Part shown: in pieces, positions 26,410 to 36,562 of the stretch
Layout: the number at the start of each line of letters is the position of its first letter
Numbering within the stretch: position 1 is the first letter of the stretch
Origin: a virus
Length of the DNA: 43,543 bases
UHGV virus genome: UHGV-0074709
Reading direction: 5' to 3' (one strand)
The notes under the pieces: generated by a model
What the model was told of the DNA's origin: nothing
Database searches by the model: none
What the model saw: only the letters and a program-made list of their open reading frames with translations
Made by a program: the position numbers and the translations under genes

Positions 26410-26826
26410 ATGGCAGTAAGAAAAATTTACAATCAGGGGCAGCTTAGTTGTTCTTTTAACGGAACACATCTGCAAGGCTTAATGTCCGGCGCCTCTGTAA
26501 CAATTCACACAATCGGCGGCGAAGTTGAGCTGACCGAGGGAACGGACGGCGGAGCGGCAAACATCGCCACTTTGCAGGGCGGGCGTATTACGGTAACGTT
26601 TCGCGAAACTTCCGACAGCGTGGACTTCCTGAATACGCAGGTATCACTGCAACAGGTAAGTTCAACGCCGGGCGTGTTTATTCTGTATTCGGGCGTTAAG
26701 CGCTTGTATACGATTGCAAATGCGCTTGTGTCGGTTCCGGCAGACTTATCCACCGGCGACAAACAGATGGGCGGCGTAGCCTTTGACTTTGTCGGCACCG
26801 GAATGGTTGTTGCACCGGGCGAATAA
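26410..26826 (+). CDS. Tail tube protein
   Basis: 138 aa, directly after the sheath gene; GRITVTF..TS.S..FL. Confidence 0.8.
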   Translation: MAVRKIYNQGQLSCSFNGTHLQGLMSGASVTIHTIGGEVELTEGTDGGAANIATLQGGRITVTFRETSDSVDFLNTQVSLQQVSSTPGVFILYSGVKRLYTIANALVSVPADLSTGDKQMGGVAFDFVGTGMVVAPGE

Positions 26827-26839
26827 AACAGGAAGAGAA

Positions 26840-26868
26840 AAAGCCCCGGACAAAAACGGGGCTTTATT
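26840..26868 (+). terminator. Rho-independent terminator after the tube gene
   Basis: AAAGCCCCG-8-CGGGGCTTT followed by ATT. Confidence 0.65.
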
Positions 26869-26896
26869 CTTATAAATTAACGGAAAGGATAAAAAA

Positions 26897-27418
26897 ATGG
26901 ATAATATGGGAGAGTTTTCAAGTTTTATCGTAAATGGAAAGACCTATAATATAAAAAACTTCAGTGTTTTTGAGGCGTTGAGTTTTCATATTGAATTTAT
27001 GGCTACAATGGGCGGTTTTATCGGTTCTGCAATAGCTTTGTTTAATAATAAAGGGGAAGAGCCGAAAAAAGGAAAAAACACGCCACAGGGCAAAAAAACG
27101 GGCAATGACGAAATAGCCGAGCTTTTTGCAAAAATCAAACCGGAAGAAACGGAGCGGCTGATGAAGAAAGTTTTAAGCCGGGTTATCACGCCGGAGCAGA
27201 TTTGTTTGGAAAATCAGGCAGCGGCTAACGACTGGTTCGGCAGACCGGAAAACGCCGGGGATTTGTGGCTTGTATGCTTAAACGGGCTGGTGTCTTTGGT
27301 GGGGGAATATTTACCGAGTGGGCTAAATACAGCACTACTCGGGTTCAAGAAAGTTCTGGCAGGGCTATCAGCATTGAGCCCGGACAACGCGTCTATGCCT
27401 TTATCGGGGAGCCGGTAA
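26897..27418 (+). CDS. Tail assembly chaperone
   Basis: Lies between the tube and tape measure genes. Confidence 0.75.
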   Translation: MDNMGEFSSFIVNGKTYNIKNFSVFEALSFHIEFMATMGGFIGSAIALFNNKGEEPKKGKNTPQGKKTGNDEIAELFAKIKPEETERLMKKVLSRVITPEQICLENQAAANDWFGRPENAGDLWLVCLNGLVSLVGEYLPSGLNTALLGFKKVLAGLSALSPDNASMPLSGSR

Positions 27419-27546
27419 GGCGTGGGCTTGTAGACTTTGCCGGGTTGTATAACGGCAAGGTTTCAATTAAAATGTTTTTTGAGGCAAAACGGATGGCGGA
27501 CTGGCTTAATTATATTGAGGCGGCGAGCTATCATAAAGAGGGCTGA
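27265..27546 (+). CDS. Second tail chaperone segment in the -1 frame (probable G-T-type frameshift product)
   Basis: Overlaps the chaperone 3' end in the -1 frame and ends 3 nt before the tape measure gene. Confidence 0.6.
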   Translation: MACMLKRAGVFGGGIFTEWAKYSTTRVQESSGRAISIEPGQRVYAFIGEPVRRGLVDFAGLYNGKVSIKMFFEAKRMADWLNYIEAASYHKEG

Positions 27547-27549
27547 CAA

Positions 27550-29277
27550 ATGGCAGTTGTTGACGAGTTAGTTACATTATTATCGTTTAAGACGAGCCCC
27601 GGAAGTGAAAAGGCTATAAAGTCCATAAAAGACGGGATTGCCACACTTAAAAGCGAGGTTACGAAGTGGGCGGCAGCAGCAACGGCAGCGGGCGCGGCGA
27701 CTTCCGCTTTTTTGCTTAGTGCGAGCAACAAGGCGATTGAACTTCAAAAGCTATCGCAGGCAACTAACTTGTCAACAGACAACCTGCAACAGTGGCAATA
27801 TGCGGCAGAGGCCGTCGGCGCGTCATCGGCTGCCGTAACCTCCGACCTTGAAAGCTTGCTAAAAACGATGAGTTCCCCGATTCCGGGCGAGCTTAATATG
27901 GAACTTATGATGTTGGGCGTAAGTGTCCATAACGCAAGCGGGCAGCTTAGGGGCGCGGATGAAGTCTTAAAAGATGTTGGCGACAAGTTAAATAAAATGA
28001 GTTCTGCCCGGGCTGTCCAGTGGGCGGAGCGTGTCGGTATATCAAACGACACTTTGATTTTGCTTAAACAGGGGCGGCAGGGATTAAGCGAGCTTTTTGA
28101 AGAGGCGCAGCTTGTTGGGGCGATTATACCGGAAGACGCAATTAACCGGGGCGCGGAGCTATCAAAATCAATCAAAACGCTTAGAACGGTTTTTCAGGCT
28201 TTGGGAAACAGCATAGCTTTGAGCTTTGCGCCGAACTTAAAAAAAGTTGTGGATAACTTCAAACAATTTTTAATCAACAACGCGGAGTTTGTCCGGCAGG
28301 GCTTAGGCATAACGATTGACGGAGTGAGTCGGGGCTTTGGGCGTTTTTGGGATATTCTGATTAAAATTAAAGACGGTTTTGTTGCCATACTTCAACCTAT
28401 GCAGCCGTTCTTGAAAAATATGGACGCGGTTAAGGTTGTCGCCGGGCTGGTTACCGGAGCGCTGGCCGGTTTTCTGGCGTTAATGGCTCCGGCAATCATA
28501 CAGTTTGCGGCAATAGGCGCGGCGATTGCCGGTGTGTCTTTGGTTATTGAAGACTTCATCACATGGATGCAAGGCGGGGAAAGCGTCATCGGGGATGTTA
28601 TCGGCGCTTTTTCGAGGTGGATGGATAAATTCCCTGAATTAAAAGAAGACTTAAAATCAGTTGGGCAGGTTTTCGCCGATGTGTTTAACGCCATACCGGG
28701 CTTAATAGACAAGTGCATTGATAAAATTGAAGATATGTTCCCGGTTATAAACAAGATTTTGAGCGGGCTAGGAAAAGTTGTTGATTTTGTTTACGAGGGG
28801 GCGAAAACAGCGGGCGAAACTTTGACCGAGGGCGCGTTAAAAGCTTTTGGCGGCTATGAGGGGCAGGGCGCACTTGAAAACGCGCGCAGGGGCGAAAAAA
28901 TCCTGCCGCAATTAACGCAAGCACAAACGGAAAAGCAGGACACAAGCTTAAAAGACGGCATTATTCAGCTTTTGGGTTTTGGCGGGGAAAAATCGGGAAG
29001 CGGCAAAAATATGATACAATTACCGAAAGCCGAAGACATTGACCGTATGTTTGCCGAGTATGACAAGGCACGCGCGATTCCGTCAATAGATTTGACAATT
29101 CCACCGCAGGCACAGCCGCAGGCGGGCGCGGGGAAAGGCGTTGTAAATAACAACCAGACCATAACGATTATGACCGGAGCGGACGCGCGCAGCGTTATTC
29201 AGGCAATGCAAACGGAAATGCCGGACGCTAACGTTGTTTCTTCCGGGACGTATGGCAGCTTTATCGGGGGTTATTAA
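27550..29277 (+). CDS. Tape measure protein
   Basis: VVDELVTLL N-terminus, A-rich helical sequence, and position. Confidence 0.88.
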   Translation: MAVVDELVTLLSFKTSPGSEKAIKSIKDGIATLKSEVTKWAAAATAAGAATSAFLLSASNKAIELQKLSQATNLSTDNLQQWQYAAEAVGASSAAVTSDLESLLKTMSSPIPGELNMELMMLGVSVHNASGQLRGADEVLKDVGDKLNKMSSARAVQWAERVGISNDTLILLKQGRQGLSELFEEAQLVGAIIPEDAINRGAELSKSIKTLRTVFQALGNSIALSFAPNLKKVVDNFKQFLINNAEFVRQGLGITIDGVSRGFGRFWDILIKIKDGFVAILQPMQPFLKNMDAVKVVAGLVTGALAGFLALMAPAIIQFAAIGAAIAGVSLVIEDFITWMQGGESVIGDVIGAFSRWMDKFPELKEDLKSVGQVFADVFNAIPGLIDKCIDKIEDMFPVINKILSGLGKVVDFVYEGAKTAGETLTEGALKAFGGYEGQGALENARRGEKILPQLTQAQTEKQDTSLKDGIIQLLGFGGEKSGSGKNMIQLPKAEDIDRMFAEYDKARAIPSIDLTIPPQAQPQAGAGKGVVNNNQTITIMTGADARSVIQAMQTEMPDANVVSSGTYGSFIGGY

Positions 29278-29280
29278 AAG

Positions 29281-29868
29281 ATGAGTTTATTAAATGCAAA
29301 CGCGATTTTAAACATTTTCGGAAGTAACGCCCTTATATCAAGCGAAACTTTGGGCGATGTTTCCGCCGATGTGAAAATCAGCGAAGTTCATCAATACGAG
29401 GCGGACGTAACAACAACCACGCTTGAAAACGGCACGCAGGTATCAGACCACGTCATCACGCACCCTATACAGGCAACATTAAACTTTGAGATGACAAACA
29501 GCGGCTACGGGGCTTTGTTTGGCAGTCGGGCGCAAGATGTTTTTGAAACGCTGGCGGCGATTGTGGAAAATCGGGAGCTTGTTACCTTAACGACCGAACA
29601 CGCCATTTATGACAATATGATAATTAAAAGCTTTAACCCCTTGCACCGCGCGCCGTATAAAGGAGCTTTGCAGATTGCCGTAACTTTGCAGCAAATAAAC
29701 TTTGTTTCGGTTGATTTTGTAACATTGCAGAGCAACGGGACGACTGCCGGGGGTTTAAATGCGTCTTTGGCTGGTATGGTAGACAGCGGGCGTGCCACCG
29801 CAACATACGTTCCGGAAGTCAACAGTTCGGTTTTAAGCGACTTCAAAAATAGTTTATTCGGAGGTTGA
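29281..29868 (+). CDS. Baseplate/tail-tube initiator (Dit-like)
   Basis: E.H...VT...ENG..VSDHVI..P motif. Confidence 0.75.
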   Translation: MSLLNANAILNIFGSNALISSETLGDVSADVKISEVHQYEADVTTTTLENGTQVSDHVITHPIQATLNFEMTNSGYGALFGSRAQDVFETLAAIVENRELVTLTTEHAIYDNMIIKSFNPLHRAPYKGALQIAVTLQQINFVSVDFVTLQSNGTTAGGLNASLAGMVDSGRATATYVPEVNSSVLSDFKNSLFGG

Positions 29869-29869
29869 T

Positions 29870-30238
29870 ATGCCATACTTGTTACCTTTTGACAATACGC
29901 CGAGCGCAAGAAAAACAATAATCTTAAACGAAATGTCGCTTGTTTTTGAAGTAAACTATTTTCCGAATATTCAATGCTGGCTAATGGATATATACCAACC
30001 GGCAGAAAGCGACACGGAAACAAACACGCCGGTTGTAACCGGGATAAACTTGCGCACCGGTGTTGATAATTTGATTAAGGGCAAATGCGAGCTTTTAAAC
30101 GGGTGGGCAATCAATGTTGCCAGTTTGACGGGAAATGAAAACAACACGCCCGACAGTTTGGGAAACGATTGCTTTATTGTGGTTTATATTCCGGGCGAAA
30201 CGGTGCCGGTTTCTTTTGAGGATAAAAAACTTGATTAA
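29870..30238 (+). CDS. Baseplate protein
   Basis: Position; W.MDI..P...GI.L. Confidence 0.7.
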   Translation: MPYLLPFDNTPSARKTIILNEMSLVFEVNYFPNIQCWLMDIYQPAESDTETNTPVVTGINLRTGVDNLIKGKCELLNGWAINVASLTGNENNTPDSLGNDCFIVVYIPGETVPVSFEDKKLD

Positions 30239-31103
30239 CTTTAAGCGAAATTTGGAGTTGTTAGTGGGACCGTTGAAAGATTATCAAGGGGACGGCAACA
30301 GCCAGCAGGCAATACGGATATTGTCTGACGGCTCAACTTCAACTTTGCGCATTAAAGCCAATATCACAAAAAGTATGATAAGTATTCCGAATGCGAGCCA
30401 GATTACGGTTTACGGGCTATCAAAAGAAACAAGAAACAAAATAATGCAGAGTCAAGCCAGCGTCCGCCTTTATGCTTGGTATGACGGGCAGCAGAAAGAG
30501 CTTGTCTTCCGGGGCGGGATTTTGAATTGCGTTGTCAACCGTGAGGATACGGATATACCGATAACGTTAATATCTCTTGACGGGCAGGGCGGATTTATGC
30601 GTGCGCCGGTTTCCGTATCATATACAAACGGGATACAGTTAAAAGATGTTGTCAAGGACGTTGCCGGAAAAATACCGGGCATAACGATTGACGATAGCCG
30701 GATTGATGTTTCCGGGCAAGTAGGCTTTTCCGGTATGGCATACGCCGGAGGAGCAAAAGAGTTTTTAGACCGGCTGGGCGGGCAATATGGCTTTAGCTGG
30801 AGCATTAACAACGGCGTTTTTGAGGCGGTAAGCGACAAGCGCGGTTTTAATGTAGAAACTTTGCTGGGCGCGGGGGTTTTGATAAAAGCCTCCCCCATTC
30901 TATCCGGACCCGCGCAACAGCAAATAGGGACTGACATTCAGGCGTTATACGTCCCGGGTGTCAGCCCCGCTCAATTTGTCCGGTTGCAAAGTTCAATAAA
31001 TACGGAATTGAATGGACGCTATAAAGTCCACACAATGAACTTGAGCTTAGACACAAAAGCGGATAGCTGGACAATGAGCATTCAAAGTTACAGGCAGGGG
31101 TAA
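30231..31103 (+). CDS. Baseplate hub protein
   Basis: N..QITVYGLS, VFRGGI, WSINNG and GRYKV motifs; TTG start after GAGG. Confidence 0.8.
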   Translation: MINFKRNLELLVGPLKDYQGDGNSQQAIRILSDGSTSTLRIKANITKSMISIPNASQITVYGLSKETRNKIMQSQASVRLYAWYDGQQKELVFRGGILNCVVNREDTDIPITLISLDGQGGFMRAPVSVSYTNGIQLKDVVKDVAGKIPGITIDDSRIDVSGQVGFSGMAYAGGAKEFLDRLGGQYGFSWSINNGVFEAVSDKRGFNVETLLGAGVLIKASPILSGPAQQQIGTDIQALYVPGVSPAQFVRLQSSINTELNGRYKVHTMNLSLDTKADSWTMSIQSYRQG

Positions 31104-31107
31104 GGCG

Positions 31108-31845
31108 ATGGATTACAGCATAATAAAAGACAAGGCGGAAGATTTTAAGGTATCGCTGCAGCGGTTGTTGCCGACAATGATAAACACGGCGATACCGGGG
31201 ATAATTGACGAGTTGACGGTTGGCGATGACGGTGTGCCGCGTGTTTCGGCATATACAGCGATTCGGTTGAAATATATCAACCCGGAAACAAGAGAAGTGC
31301 AGTATATAGACAGCCCGAAGATAACCAACATACCTTTATCGGTTAATCAGTGCGAGGGGTTAGGATTATCAATCACAATGCCGGTATTGCACGGGCAGCT
31401 TTGCACTTTGATTTTTTCGCAGCGTAGCCTGGACGATTTTGCCACGACCGGACAGATAAGCAACCCGACAAGCGGGGAAGACGCGGCATTATGCACCGTT
31501 CGTTGCTTTGATTATACTGACGCGATGTGCTTTCCGGGCGTGATGACCCCGGCGAACAATATTCAAAACTATTCGCAAACGGCGGTTGAAGTGAGAAACA
31601 GGGACGGGAGCGTTAAATTATCCGTATATCCGGAAAAATTAAGCCTGACGCAAGGGGCTGCCTCAATACAAATGGCAGGCGGCAATATCACAATAAACGC
31701 TGGGACGGTAACGGTAAACGGAAATTTGAGCGTAAGCGGCACAATATCATCAGATACGGACGTTTTGAGTGCCGGAATAAGCGGGAAGAATCACGTTCAC
31801 ACCGGAAATATGGGGCAGCCGACAAGCCCGCCGGTGGCAGGTTAG
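31108..31845 (+). CDS. Baseplate central spike (Gp138/gpV-like)
   Basis: TAIPGII and IFSQRSLD motifs, a beta-helix region, and the terminal HxH iron motif (NHVH). Confidence 0.88.
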   Translation: MDYSIIKDKAEDFKVSLQRLLPTMINTAIPGIIDELTVGDDGVPRVSAYTAIRLKYINPETREVQYIDSPKITNIPLSVNQCEGLGLSITMPVLHGQLCTLIFSQRSLDDFATTGQISNPTSGEDAALCTVRCFDYTDAMCFPGVMTPANNIQNYSQTAVEVRNRDGSVKLSVYPEKLSLTQGAASIQMAGGNITINAGTVTVNGNLSVSGTISSDTDVLSAGISGKNHVHTGNMGQPTSPPVAG

Positions 31846-32027
31846 GTTTTTTTGTTTCTTTTCCATAAACGCGATTTTTTTATCATACAGCGCATATTTT
31901 TAAAATTATGATAGATTTATCGTAAAAGTATAAAATAACGCGCCAGCGATAAAAAAAGTGGGCTTATTCCATATCGTTTTCTTCTTGCCAACTTTTAATC
32001 AGATTTAAACAAGCCTCGTATAGTGTT

Positions 32028-33302
32028 TTAAAATTGTCCATCGTTACCCCCGTTGTCAATGAATAGGCTTTTGGATTTCTTAAATAGAACTTCAAACTCT
32101 CCAGTTCTTCCGCGTCTGTTTTTTGCCACGATTATTTTGGCTTTGCCTTTGACGCGCTCCATTTCTTCAAGCCATTTGTTGTATTTTTTTTCTTCTGTTT
32201 CTTCCGGTTTCTGCAACATTAACAAGTTTTCAGCCGTATAAACAAACATTACAAGGTTAGAATCCTGCTCAATACTGCCGGAACCGCGCAGGTCGGACAA
32301 TATCGGCGATTTAACGTCGCGCCCCGCGTTGGAGCGGTTTAACTGGCTCAACAATAAAATCGGAATATTTAAATCTTGCGCGATTATTTTCACTTTACGC
32401 GACAAGTAGGTTAAAAGCGCCAACTGGTCTTTAAACCGCTTTTCAGAGCGTAAAATATGCAGGTGGTCAATAATTATCAGGCTTAAATCCTTTTTTCCGG
32501 CGCATATCGCCGATATTTTTTCAACCGTAGTATCTGCGTCGTCTATAAATTCAAGAGGTAAATCATTTTCAAGGCTTTTAGACTTTTCAACAACCGTATA
32601 AAATTCTTCTTGAGTGATTTTTGAAAAATCCGATATGCGTAAAGAAGAACATACAAGCCGCTTGTGCATTTCAACTTTTGTCATTTCAAGCGAAAAATAT
32701 AAAACTTTGCCTCCGGCTTGCGCTATTTGCGTTGCAATATTCAGCGCCAGCGTGGTCTTTCCTCCGCCCGAATAACCGCCGAGCGTGATAAGTTCGCCCT
32801 TTTCAAAACCGCCGATAAGCTTGTCAAGGCTTGGCAACCCGGTTTTAACAACCCGCGGATTGTCTTTGCCCTGATATTCAAGTTCAGCGTCGGCTAAAAA
32901 TTTATCCGAGGCGTTTTCTTCGGATTTTGGGAATAATTCAAAATGCTCAATTTCAAAAGCTTTTGTTACGTCTTCGGTTGTGTATAACTTTTGACCAGCT
33001 ATTTTTGCAAGCTCCCTTTCTTTCCAGTCTTCCACTAACTTTAAGGCGTAACAGTCAAACATTATCGGCTTTGAAAACTTTGTGTCCCGGTTAAGTTCAA
33101 GCAATAACTGAAAATTTACTTTGCCTTTCAAGGAGTCGCGCAGGCTTAGCAAATCAAAACTTCCAAGCTCTACCATTGCCGAAAAAATTTCCCTTGCCGT
33201 TGCGTCCGGCAAAAATTCAGCCTTAAAATTTCCTTTAAGTCTTGTAAAATTTTCAGGGAAAGCGACAAGCTCACTTAAAAACGTGTATTCAGCCTCATTC
33301 AT
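32028..33302 (-). CDS. dnaB: Replicative DNA helicase
   Basis: GYSGGGKT, FSLEM, IIDHL, LSQLNR, DLRGSGSIEQD and KNRRGRTG motifs. Confidence 0.96.
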   Translation of the reverse strand: MNEAEYTFLSELVAFPENFTRLKGNFKAEFLPDATAREIFSAMVELGSFDLLSLRDSLKGKVNFQLLLELNRDTKFSKPIMFDCYALKLVEDWKERELAKIAGQKLYTTEDVTKAFEIEHFELFPKSEENASDKFLADAELEYQGKDNPRVVKTGLPSLDKLIGGFEKGELITLGGYSGGGKTTLALNIATQIAQAGGKVLYFSLEMTKVEMHKRLVCSSLRISDFSKITQEEFYTVVEKSKSLENDLPLEFIDDADTTVEKISAICAGKKDLSLIIIDHLHILRSEKRFKDQLALLTYLSRKVKIIAQDLNIPILLLSQLNRSNAGRDVKSPILSDLRGSGSIEQDSNLVMFVYTAENLLMLQKPEETEEKKYNKWLEEMERVKGKAKIIVAKNRRGRTGEFEVLFKKSKSLFIDNGGNDGQF

Positions 33303-33306
33303 TTTT

Positions 33307-33993
33307 TTACTTCCAGTCCGATGTTGCCCATTTTATCTCTTCCTCTTTATCGGCGTATCCGCCCTCAACAGCTTTTTGCCATTTTGATTTTTGCAGAAAA
33401 AAGTCAAAATCAGCTCGCCACTTTCCCGAATCTCCACGCAAAAAGGAGCTTTCGTCAAGTGCTTTTTCCATTTGGTTGATAAATTCATCAAACCCCCCGG
33501 CGTCTTTTATCCGTTGTTTGAGTTTATTTTTCCTTTCATCCGTCAAGGTTTTTATTTGGGGTAAACTGTATTTTTCTAAAACAGAATTGATTTTTTCAAT
33601 GTCAAATTCACGAAAAACAATTTTATTGTTTTTTAAAAATAATTCTTGTTCTAGTTCTTGTTTATGTTCTTCGTTTATGTTTATGTTTAGGATATCGTTC
33701 GGTATCCGATTGATATCGTTCGGTATCCGATTGATATCGTTCGGTATCCGATTGATATCGTTTTTTTCTCTCCAGTAATTTCTTGATGTTTCGCCATTTT
33801 TTTTGCAACGTGCATTAAAATCTTCAAAATCTTTGTCAATTTGTGATTTTATAAAACGCCATACGCCGCAATCAACATCAATATTTGGATATTGCAAAAT
33901 TGCCTGAAAAATAGCAGCTTGCTTTTCAATAGGTAAATCTGATAAAAGCTCCCACCATTCGGGATATATACGCGGAGAAAATTGCTTTTTCAT
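33307..33993 (-). CDS. Replication initiator (lambda O-like organisation)
   Basis: Upstream of DnaB; internal tandem repeats; C-terminal FLRG..WRADFDFFL..EGGY. Confidence 0.85.
   Translation of the reverse strand: MKKQFSPRIYPEWWELLSDLPIEKQAAIFQAILQYPNIDVDCGVWRFIKSQIDKDFEDFNARCKKNGETSRNYWREKNDINRIPNDINRIPNDINRIPNDILNININEEHKQELEQELFLKNNKIVFREFDIEKINSVLEKYSLPQIKTLTDERKNKLKQRIKDAGGFDEFINQMEKALDESSFLRGDSGKWRADFDFFLQKSKWQKAVEGGYADKEEEIKWATSDWK
33691..33762. repeat. 21-bp tandem repeats x3.4 (GATATCGTTCGGTATCCGATT), probable iterons/origin
   Basis: Perfect copies at 33691, 33712 and 33733, partial copy at 33754; AT-rich flank. Confidence 0.85.
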
Positions 33994-34130
33994 CTCTTTC
34001 GGCTTTCAAAAAGGTGGGGTTATAGCTGTAACCATTTTTTGCCGAAAGAGTTATAATATTTTGATACTATAACCCCATTGTTAAAATTTATCTTTCGGCA
34101 TCTTTAACTTTACAACAAAAAAAGTTAAAG
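33994..34130 (-). promoter_or_regulatory. Structured leader of the replication operon with mutually exclusive pairings
   Basis: 33994-34003 and 34091-34100 both complement 34040-34050; 34015-25 complements 34067-77; dyad at 34102-11/34121-30. Confidence 0.6.
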
Positions 34131-34251
34131 TAAATTTAAAATTAAGTTATAAACAGGAGTAGATTTTATCTGTTGATAACTTTATTAAAACCCGGCGTAT
34201 TTACAAGCCGCTTTTTTCCGTTTATGCTATCAGCAAAGAGGAATTAAACAG

Positions 34252-34614
34252 ATGAGTGTTGATATTTTGATAGACCCGGCAACAAACGATATAGCGCACC
34301 GCAACGGTTTAATCCTTTATGCCGTAAGCGGAAACGAAACGGCGCAGCGGGTTATTACGCGTATTCGCCGCTTAAAGGGCGAGTGGTTTATTGATACCAC
34401 CGCCGGTATGCCGTATATTCAGGATATTTTAGGCAAGCGGGATATTAACTACTTCAAGCTTTTGCTTAGAAAAGAGATTTTAAATACTGACGGCGTGCAA
34501 AGTATAAATAACTTCCGCTTGTCTTTTAATTCAAAAACCGGGCATATATCCGTATATGTTGAAATTAAGGTTGACGGGGAATATATCCCGATTGTGCAGG
34601 AGTTCACGTTATGA
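34252..34614 (+). CDS. Baseplate wedge protein (gp25/gp46-like)
   Basis: GEWFIDTTAGMPY and I..TDGV..I motifs. Confidence 0.85.
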   Translation: MSVDILIDPATNDIAHRNGLILYAVSGNETAQRVITRIRRLKGEWFIDTTAGMPYIQDILGKRDINYFKLLLRKEILNTDGVQSINNFRLSFNSKTGHISVYVEIKVDGEYIPIVQEFTL

Positions 34615-35831
34615 GTGTAAACGTTTACGGTATGACTTCAACGGGCTTTAAGCCTAAAAGGCTGCGCGATTTGCTTGACGAAACAATGGCAGATATTCAG
34701 GCAATAACGGACGAAGACGGGCAAGCCGTATTTATTAACGAAACGGACGACAGCATAATCGGGCAGTTCAACGCAATTATTTGCGAGCAGCTTGCCGATT
34801 GCTGGCAACAAGCATACGCCGCCAGCACGCAGTTTGACCCGCTTAATGCTTTCGGCGTGGCTTTGCGTTCGCTTGTTCAATTAAACGGCATTGTTCCGGC
34901 TTATGGTTCGGCAACGCAAATAAACGTTACTTTGACCGGGACTTCTGGCACAGTTGTTCCTGCCGGTTCGCAAATATCCGATGTAAACGCAAACACGATT
35001 TTTAGCTTGAATAGTGATGTTATCATCGGCAGCGCCGGGACGGGGACGGGAGTCGCCACTTGCAACACGCTCGGCGAAATTAACCCGGCAAACAACACGA
35101 TTATTCAGATTTTAACCCCGGTTTATGGTTGGCACAATGTAACCAATTCAAGCGTAGCGGTGCTTGGCGATGACCCGGAAACAGACAATCAGCTGCATAT
35201 CAAACAGCAGCGCGAAACGTCAAACACTTCATATTCGCAAGTTGACGCGCTATATGCCGGAATAACAAACCTTGCCGGGGTTGATTATGTGCGTATATAC
35301 CAGAACTGGACGCTGGAAACGGACGATAAAGGAATCCCGGCAAAAACGATTGCAGCGGTGGTAGACGGTGGCGACACAGAGGCGATTGCAAATGTTATGT
35401 GGCTTAAAGCGCCGATGTTGTCAAATTATGCCGGGAATTTACCATCGCCGGTAACAATGTTTGACCGATTCGGGCTTGCCTATCAAATAACATTTTACCG
35501 CCCGGAAAAAGTCCCGGTGTATATTGATTTGGATATAACCATAACAGACGCGAGTATTTACCCGGCGGATGCCTACGACCAGATAAAGCAAAATATAATT
35601 GATTATGCAGCATACGGGCTTAATTCTTCAAACGGTTTTCCGCCGGGTTCTCCGGTTATTTATAGCCGCCTTTATACGCCTATTAACGAAGTCCCGGGCT
35701 TTAAAATCAATCATCTTTATATTGGGACGAGCGCAAGCCCGACCGGGACGAGCGACTTGGAGATGAGCTGGCTGCAGGTGGCGGAGTTTACAGCGGAAAA
35801 CATCAATATTGAACAATCAGTCGGGGCTTAA
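34611..35831 (+). CDS. Baseplate J-like protein
   Basis: DP..A.G..L, G.DPETD..L and VVDGGD..IA motifs. Confidence 0.9.
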   Translation: MSVNVYGMTSTGFKPKRLRDLLDETMADIQAITDEDGQAVFINETDDSIIGQFNAIICEQLADCWQQAYAASTQFDPLNAFGVALRSLVQLNGIVPAYGSATQINVTLTGTSGTVVPAGSQISDVNANTIFSLNSDVIIGSAGTGTGVATCNTLGEINPANNTIIQILTPVYGWHNVTNSSVAVLGDDPETDNQLHIKQQRETSNTSYSQVDALYAGITNLAGVDYVRIYQNWTLETDDKGIPAKTIAAVVDGGDTEAIANVMWLKAPMLSNYAGNLPSPVTMFDRFGLAYQITFYRPEKVPVYIDLDITITDASIYPADAYDQIKQNIIDYAAYGLNSSNGFPPGSPVIYSRLYTPINEVPGFKINHLYIGTSASPTGTSDLEMSWLQVAEFTAENINIEQSVGA

Positions 35832-35836
35832 AAACA

Positions 35837-36559
35837 ATGGCGGAAGCTTTAAGCAAATTAAAAATTGATTATAGCGAAGTCCGCAAGGATGTTGTTGCCG
35901 CCGGGCTTGACCGGGTGCTGGCACAATATAAAAATTCGTATTTGTTCAAAAAGCTTTTGTCCGTATGGCTCAAACAGTGCCAGCAGCTCTATGACGCAAT
36001 TATTGATTTGCAGGAATACCGGACAATCTATTCGGCAACCGGGGATACGCTTGACGGGCTGGGACGGATAGTCGGCTCAAACCGGCAAAATTTTAACTAT
36101 TCGGACACTTATTATTTTGCGCCAGATAAAGCCGGCGTAGGTTGCGACAACGGCTACGCTTGGTGTAAAAACGCGCCGCAAGCCGGCATATCTATGCAAA
36201 ACGATGATTTATACCGCAATTCAATTTGGCGTAAAGCCATATCAAATTTTGTTAAGTTTGGCAGCGTCCCGGAAATTCAAGACGTTGTTTCCGCCTATAT
36301 GGACGAGCCCGTTGGATTTGAAACAACAAACCCGTTTACGGGGACGCTTGTTGTTTCTGCAGATATCGGCTTGACTAATTTGGAAATTTTGACCTATACT
36401 CAAAATACCGAACAGGTTGAACACCAGTTCCGTATACCGTATCCGACAACAACAGATTTTGAGGGCGTTGTCTTTTATGTTCCGCAAAATGCCTTTGCGC
36501 CAGACCGCGAGGGAGTCGGGGCAGACAACGGGCGCGCCGCCGTAAGAGGGAGAGTTTAA
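35837..36559 (+). CDS. Baseplate wedge protein (DUF2612-like)
   Basis: QYKNS, ATGDTLDGLGRIVG and DD.YR motifs. Confidence 0.85.
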   Translation: MAEALSKLKIDYSEVRKDVVAAGLDRVLAQYKNSYLFKKLLSVWLKQCQQLYDAIIDLQEYRTIYSATGDTLDGLGRIVGSNRQNFNYSDTYYFAPDKAGVGCDNGYAWCKNAPQAGISMQNDDLYRNSIWRKAISNFVKFGSVPEIQDVVSAYMDEPVGFETTNPFTGTLVVSADIGLTNLEILTYTQNTEQVEHQFRIPYPTTTDFEGVVFYVPQNAFAPDREGVGADNGRAAVRGRV

Positions 36560-36562
36560 AAA

